DNA of 39,155 nucleotides from Gammaproteobacteria bacterium (GTDB lineage Bacteria; Pseudomonadota; Gammaproteobacteria; Comchoanobacterales; Comchoanobacteraceae): NCBI GenBank assembly GCA_029243665.1, contig JAQWRO010000048.1, positions 1 to 39,155 of the forward strand, read 5' to 3'. Shown piece by piece: positions 34,760 to 39,155 of this stretch (position 1 is its first letter; each line of letters starts with the position of its first letter). The notes under the pieces were generated by a model. It saw only the letters and a program-made list of their open reading frames with translations, ran no database searches and was not told where the DNA came from. The position numbers and the translations under genes were made by a program.

Positions 34760-36379
34760 CTAATAGTCAATCTTTTTAACTATGTTTAAAGTGTCTACTT
34801 GAGCTTTATCAGGTGTAACCGCATGAATTGTACTACTTATGTGATCATTGAATCTAAATAGCGATATGTCACACTGATCTTGTTTTTGTCGCTTTTTAGC
34901 ACATTCAGTTTTCTCTTCTGGTGAAATTGTAACAAGGTGATTTCTTTTAGAAGAGATTTTATTTTGTGGTGAAGCAAAGATATTGTTTCCAGAGCTACAA
35001 GTTACTCTAAATATCCCATCTTCGTCACTATCTGATTCTGGGTAATCATAAGTAACTGAATCATCTGTTGTGTTTAGATCTTCATGAATGGTTGCAGGTG
35101 AAGGATGGGAAGAAATTATATTTATTTCACTTTTCGGTTCAGGTAAGGTTGCTTGAAAAGTGAATATTTTTGGTGAGCGGATGTGATATAGACCAAAGAC
35201 GCTAATCGGCACGCACTTTGGAGGCCTCATTACAGAACTAAAATTCCTAATATTATTAAGTGCATGATATCTTCTGACTCCAACAAAAAGAAATGTCTCG
35301 AGAAGTATATTATCTACATCTATCCATTCAAAATATCGATGTTTGCGTCGAGTTTTTTCAGCTATGTTAAGTAGGACATAGTGTGTATCAACTAATTGTA
35401 TGATTTGACACGGTTTGTTTTTGAGGGCATCCACGACCATTGGTAAATGTTTATATAGATATTTATTTGGTATTTCTAATCTTAAGCTTAATGATTGATC
35501 CTTTTTAGGAAAAAAATCAATGTTATCATTAATAAGTTGATATAATTTAAATTTAGAAGCTTCTTGAATAATAGCTGACATGTTATCCCAGAATATATCA
35601 TCGAGCTGATTAATGGTGTTTTCTGTCTCTATTATTCTTAATTTAACGTCACTTGTATCAAATAGTTCTTTTAAATCATTTAGTTCGTTAAACAAGTTTG
35701 TTTTATGCAAGTAGTAAAGGTGCTTTATTCTGCTAAATAGGTCACTGAATAAATTTTCAATTTGAGTAAAGTATTCAGTACGTAAAGAGTCATTCATCTT
35801 TTCAGATAATGCCATTGATCGAATGAGTTTGCCGTGGCTTTCGATGTTAAAATAATAAATAAGATTGCAGTTAGAATTGAGAGATTCTTTTACAAAAGAA
35901 TTAAAAAAAACATTTAATTGAATCTTAGAAAGCTCTGTAAAATATTTATCTTGATGTTCAGGTGATTGAACCCTTTCCTTAGAGCTAAGAAAATCCAAAC
36001 CAGTTTGAGTGTTGCCCTGAATGGATTCAATGGTTATTTCAGAGTTTTGTGAATCTAAACTTGAAGATAAAGATGAGGGAATTAAGTTATTTTCTGTTGA
36101 TTGAGGCGAAAGTGTTTCATTGTCAGTAAGCCCTTCAGTGTTCTGACTGTTTGGGTAAGTTAAAAATAAATTTGAGAATAAGTTGTTTGACTCTAACTCA
36201 TCATACATCTGAGGGGTTGGAATATCATAATCCATCACTTCATCTTGTTCTAAGAAATATGAATCAATACTTCTATTGTCATCATCAATTTGGATGGGTT
36301 CATAAAATGAATTAAAAGAGTCTGAACTCTCTGTATTCGGAGTGTTTTGAATATCCATCTTTTGTAAGTCATTAGCCAT
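34760..36379 (-). CDS. orphan protein, about 540 aa, disordered acidic/Ser-rich N-terminus, no recognisable domain
   Basis: A 1.6-kb ORF in very AT-rich DNA. The track start is GTG 36400; I prefer ATG 36379 (MANDLQKMDIQ...), with ATG 36358 also possible. No clear SD. A possible -10, TAGAAT, lies 14 nt upstream of 36379. The N-terminal ~140 aa are D/E/S/N/T-rich. Basic clusters RRKHR and KKRQK are present. Confidence 0.75.
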   Translation of the reverse strand: MANDLQKMDIQNTPNTESSDSFNSFYEPIQIDDDNRSIDSYFLEQDEVMDYDIPTPQMYDELESNNLFSNLFLTYPNSQNTEGLTDNETLSPQSTENNLIPSSLSSSLDSQNSEITIESIQGNTQTGLDFLSSKERVQSPEHQDKYFTELSKIQLNVFFNSFVKESLNSNCNLIYYFNIESHGKLIRSMALSEKMNDSLRTEYFTQIENLFSDLFSRIKHLYYLHKTNLFNELNDLKELFDTSDVKLRIIETENTINQLDDIFWDNMSAIIQEASKFKLYQLINDNIDFFPKKDQSLSLRLEIPNKYLYKHLPMVVDALKNKPCQIIQLVDTHYVLLNIAEKTRRKHRYFEWIDVDNILLETFLFVGVRRYHALNNIRNFSSVMRPPKCVPISVFGLYHIRSPKIFTFQATLPEPKSEINIISSHPSPATIHEDLNTTDDSVTYDYPESDSDEDGIFRVTCSSGNNIFASPQNKISSKRNHLVTISPEEKTECAKKRQKQDQCDISLFRFNDHISSTIHAVTPDKAQVDTLNIVKKIDY

Positions 36380-36444
36380 AACATTGAAGATTCTACCCAC
36401 ATGAGCTTAAGAAAACAACTAATTTTAATAAATTTTATTAATTA

Positions 36445-37524
36445 TTACTCTATTGAATCATAGTTGAAATCAACTTTCTCAATTTTTTCAAACCTTTGTG
36501 TGATTTTGCTTGATGACTTATGTACAAGGTCTATATCTTGATAAGCAAGTTGAACATGCCTGGCTAAATCATTCATACGTTTCTGAAACCGTTGAAAATC
36601 AGCAGAAAGCATTTGAATATGTTTTTGAATTAAATGAACTTGCTCACGTGTCTCAACGTCTTTGATGACTGCCATTGCAGTTGTTAAGATTGCCATTAGT
36701 GTGCTTGGGGATGTTAGCCAGACTCTTTGCGATTGAGAGTACTCAACAAGCTCAGGGAGTTGGGCATGAATTTGAGCAAATATAGATTCTGCAGGAATAA
36801 ATAGAATGGCACTTTCTGCTGTCTCACCTGCAATGATGTATTTGCTTGCTATGTCGTTAATGTGCTTTTTGATGTCTTGTATAAATTGTGATTTTATTTT
36901 CAGATTGTCTGGTGATTCCTGCAGTCTTCTATAGTTCTCAAGTGGAAATTTAGCATCTATAACGATATTGCCTGTTGGTTCAGGTAGTAGCAATAAGCAA
37001 TCGGCTCTTTTTTGGTTAGATAATGTTGCTTGTAATTTAAAATGTTTTTCGGGAATGGTATTTCTTATAAGTTGATGCAATTGAATTTCACCAAAGGTGC
37101 CCCTAGCTTTTTTATCGTTCAATATATCTTTTAGGGTAATGATGTCAGATGATAGCTCTTGGATTCTTTTTTGGGCTGTATCAATCTCAGCTAGTCGTTT
37201 GATCACGTTGTTAAAAACCTCAGATGTTTTATCAAATCCTTCTCCAAGTCTTCGATCAACTTGTCCTGATATTTGTTTTAATTGTTGATCTGTGAGTTGC
37301 ATGATTTTTTTAAACTGTTCTCCTTGGAAGTTGATTTGCTGTCTTAAAAGTAGTTCGAGTTGATCACGAATCTCCTTAGTATTTTGATTAAATAAGGGTA
37401 ATAGTTGTTGTTGCATCAATAATACATTTTGATCCTTATTAAGGGGCTTTGGTTGAGTATAAAGTTTGTATGTAATAAGTGCTTGAAAAGCAATCACAGT
37501 TAAAGTCAATATATAAATCATCAT
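36445..37524 (-). CDS. rmuC: DNA recombination protein RmuC
   Basis: An N-terminal TM is followed by a long coiled coil. The conserved C-terminal nuclease-like region has RGTFGE.QL, D......P......IDAKFPLE.Y, FIP.ES.F and VWL.SPSTLMA.L. 359 aa. Confidence 0.9.
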   Translation of the reverse strand: MMIYILTLTVIAFQALITYKLYTQPKPLNKDQNVLLMQQQLLPLFNQNTKEIRDQLELLLRQQINFQGEQFKKIMQLTDQQLKQISGQVDRRLGEGFDKTSEVFNNVIKRLAEIDTAQKRIQELSSDIITLKDILNDKKARGTFGEIQLHQLIRNTIPEKHFKLQATLSNQKRADCLLLLPEPTGNIVIDAKFPLENYRRLQESPDNLKIKSQFIQDIKKHINDIASKYIIAGETAESAILFIPAESIFAQIHAQLPELVEYSQSQRVWLTSPSTLMAILTTAMAVIKDVETREQVHLIQKHIQMLSADFQRFQKRMNDLARHVQLAYQDIDLVHKSSSKITQRFEKIEKVDFNYDSIE

Positions 37525-37574
37525 AATTATTAATTTACTTCAAACTTAGTAAATTATCACGTATAATTTTAATT

Positions 37575-37976
37575 ATGGAAATTTTAACATTTTTAACACA
37601 CTATTGGTGGTTAGTATCCATAGTAGTTGTGGTACTTATTGCCATTGTAATTCTGGAATCATTAGAGTTTAATCAAACCAAAAATGCTGTGACATGTAAT
37701 GAGGGTATTTTGAAAGTAAATGATGCAGGTTATATTTGGGTCGATACGCGCACCTTAAAGAATTTCAAAGAAGATGCCATTATTGGTGCAAAACATATTG
37801 ATGAGCTAAAAAAACCAAAAATAAAGTCTAATAAGAAAACAAAATATATCTATTACTGTCAAAATGGTTCAGAAAGTTTGAAAATTGCTCAAAAAGAAGC
37901 GCAATTATATTTAAAAGGTGGTTTTGATGTCTGGACGTCACAAAGCTTGCCTACAGATAAAAAGGAGATATCATGA
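37575..37976 (+). CDS. membrane-anchored rhodanese-domain protein (YibN-like)
   Basis: An N-terminal TM (WWLVSIVVVVLIAIVIL) precedes a rhodanese fold with the active-site loop YCQNGSES. The position upstream of grxC-secB matches E. coli yibN-grxC-secB. Confidence 0.75.
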   Translation: MEILTFLTHYWWLVSIVVVVLIAIVILESLEFNQTKNAVTCNEGILKVNDAGYIWVDTRTLKNFKEDAIIGAKHIDELKKPKIKSNKKTKYIYYCQNGSESLKIAQKEAQLYLKGGFDVWTSQSLPTDKKEIS

Positions 37977-38215
37977 TTGAAATATATACGACACAATTAT
38001 GTCCATACTGTGATCAGGCAAAAGCATTATTTAAAGATAAAGGTTTAGCCTATACTGAAATTCGTGTGGACACGAATGAAGAGAAAATGACTAAAATGCT
38101 CGAGCGTTCACAAAGAAGAACGGTCCCACAAATTTTCATTAATGACCATCATGTAGGTGGTTTTGACGATTTAAAACAATTGGTAGAAGCAAATAGATTA
38201 GACGATTTATTATAA
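37973..38215 (+). CDS. grxC: glutaredoxin 3
   Basis: 80 aa with CPYC, TVPQIFI and GG.DDL motifs. Confidence 0.92.
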   Translation: MIEIYTTQLCPYCDQAKALFKDKGLAYTEIRVDTNEEKMTKMLERSQRRTVPQIFINDHHVGGFDDLKQLVEANRLDDLL

Positions 38216-38226
38216 AGGAGCACCTT

Positions 38227-38670
38227 ATGTCACAAGAAATTCAACCCAATCAAGAATTTGGAATAAACCAGATTTATATTAAAGATTTATCTTTTGAAGC
38301 AATTCTACCATTATATGACTTAAAGACAGATTGGAGACCTAATGTTTCAGCTGATTTAAATAATACTTTTAAACAAGTAGATGAAAATTTTCATGAAATA
38401 GCAATAAACATGAAAGTAACTGTTTCTGTTGAAGATAAGACTGTTTTTGTGGTCGAAATAGAACAGGCGGGTTTATTCAAATTGGCAGGGTTTGATGAAA
38501 AGCAAATGGGGCAATTGTTAAATAGTTTTTGTCCAAATATTTTATTTCCATATCTACGTGAAACTGTTGCAAATTGTATTGTTAAAGGTGGTTATCCAGC
38601 CTTACATTTAAGTCCGATTGATTTTGATGCTAGGTATGTGGATATGCTTGAAAAGCAAAAAGCTTCATGA
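38227..38670 (+). CDS. secB: protein-export chaperone SecB
   Basis: Motifs: F.INQIYIKDLSFEA; EIEQAGLF; FCPNILFPYLRETV......GGYP.L.L.PI.F. 147 aa. Confidence 0.92.
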   Translation: MSQEIQPNQEFGINQIYIKDLSFEAILPLYDLKTDWRPNVSADLNNTFKQVDENFHEIAINMKVTVSVEDKTVFVVEIEQAGLFKLAGFDEKQMGQLLNSFCPNILFPYLRETVANCIVKGGYPALHLSPIDFDARYVDMLEKQKAS

Positions 38671-39155
38671 ATGTCATTAAGCGATTAATATTATTTTCAA
38701 AAAAACATTACAAACTATTTTTTATAGCTGTTGTTGCTAGTACGCTTGCTAGCTTATTAGATGTATCATTTCTTTACCTAATTAAGCAGTGTACGGATAG
38801 ACATCACATATCTTCTGAGTTTACACCTGCAGTAATTATTTCAGGTATTCTCTTGCTGGTTGTCTGTCGTTCATTATTTAATTATGTAGCAGAAGTTTGG
38901 ATTTTTAAGTTCGGACGTAATGTCATCATGGATATTAGAAATCTTTTATATGACAAGTTACTTTCAGTGAAGATTTCTGATGTAGAAAAAAAATCCACGG
39001 GTGATTTGACAACAAAATTATTATATCAGTCTGATCAATTAGGCAATGGATTGCTTAACTTTCTAAAGTCTGTGCTTCAAGAAGGATTTGTAGTTATCGG
39101 TTGTATAATAGCACTGCTTTTTATGAATTTTATGATGACATTGATGGTATTATTG
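38667..39155 (+). CDS. ABC exporter permease/ATPase, MsbA-like, N-terminal 163 codons (runs off right edge)
   Basis: ATG 38667 overlaps the secB stop (ATGA). The frame stays open to the window end: MNVIKRLILFSKKHYKLFFIAVVASTLASLLD...GDLTTKLLYQSDQLGNGLL.., typical of type-I ABC exporter TM1-TM3 (compare MsbA R....Y...F.....). It is not in the ORF track because there is no stop in the window. Confidence 0.65.
   Translation, partial: MNVIKRLILFSKKHYKLFFIAVVASTLASLLDVSFLYLIKQCTDRHHISSEFTPAVIISGILLLVVCRSLFNYVAEVWIFKFGRNVIMDIRNLLYDKLLSVKISDVEKKSTGDLTTKLLYQSDQLGNGLLNFLKSVLQEGFVVIGCIIALLFMNFMMTLMVLL

Noticed and set aside
17278-37288. Remaining short antisense or alternative-frame track ORFs (17278-17469, 21452-21664, 24946-25134, 25317-25526, 26310-26495, 26939-27229, 27042-27260, 28994-29176, 30227-30481, 33232-33504, 37097-37288)
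   Set aside because: Each lies wholly inside a longer ORF that has homology or strong coding support. None has a plausible RBS or recognisable motif.
1-39155. CRISPR arrays, IS elements, integrases, prophage genes, toxin-antitoxin pairs, large structured ncRNAs
   Set aside because: Scanning by eye found none. All intergenic regions are 135 nt or shorter. The only repeat of note is the 50-nt duplication at 13581-13723. A computational repeat and covariance-model (Rfam) scan would be needed to exclude small elements.

Overview
About 39 kb of an AT-rich gammaproteobacterial chromosome with no rRNA, CRISPR array, IS element, integrase or phage gene. I call 46 protein genes (two run off the window edges) and 3 tRNAs. 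The backbone is housekeeping with classic gammaproteobacterial synteny: queA-tgt; tRNA-Val; infC(ATT start)-rpmI-rplT-pheS-pheT-ihfA; tRNA-Pro; nhaA-bcp; yciB-bolA; yciO; an ldt-tatC-tatA-tatB operon; rluB; miaE-gpmI; SDR-ccmCDEFG-2OG oxygenase; tRNA-Leu; ivd-type acyl-CoA dehydrogenase; an aapJQMP-type amino-acid ABC importer; rmuC; rhodanese-grxC-secB-msbA. Tight packing, many ATGA/TAATG overlaps and the low GC suggest a streamlined, possibly host-associated (Legionellales-like) organism; that is inference only. Four patches of lineage-specific genes with no motif I can recognise interrupt the backbone. (1) A three-gene, very AT-rich minus-strand cluster at 18436-22149 between rluB and miaE, with its own promoters and a strong terminator that also supplies the last codons of rluB. 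(2) Two tandem, apparently paralogous polytopic membrane proteins with disordered tails at 12756-14751; one tail carries a near-perfect 50-nt duplication. (3) A 540-aa orphan at 34760-36379 between aapP and rmuC. (4) A divergent fused ABC exporter with a large insertion in its nucleotide-binding domain at 6265-8259. The best candidate for an undescribed system is the rluB-miaE island, followed by the membrane-protein pair. Functions such as secreted effectors or an effector/modulator pair are hypotheses, not demonstrated. No secretion-system genes are present in this window.
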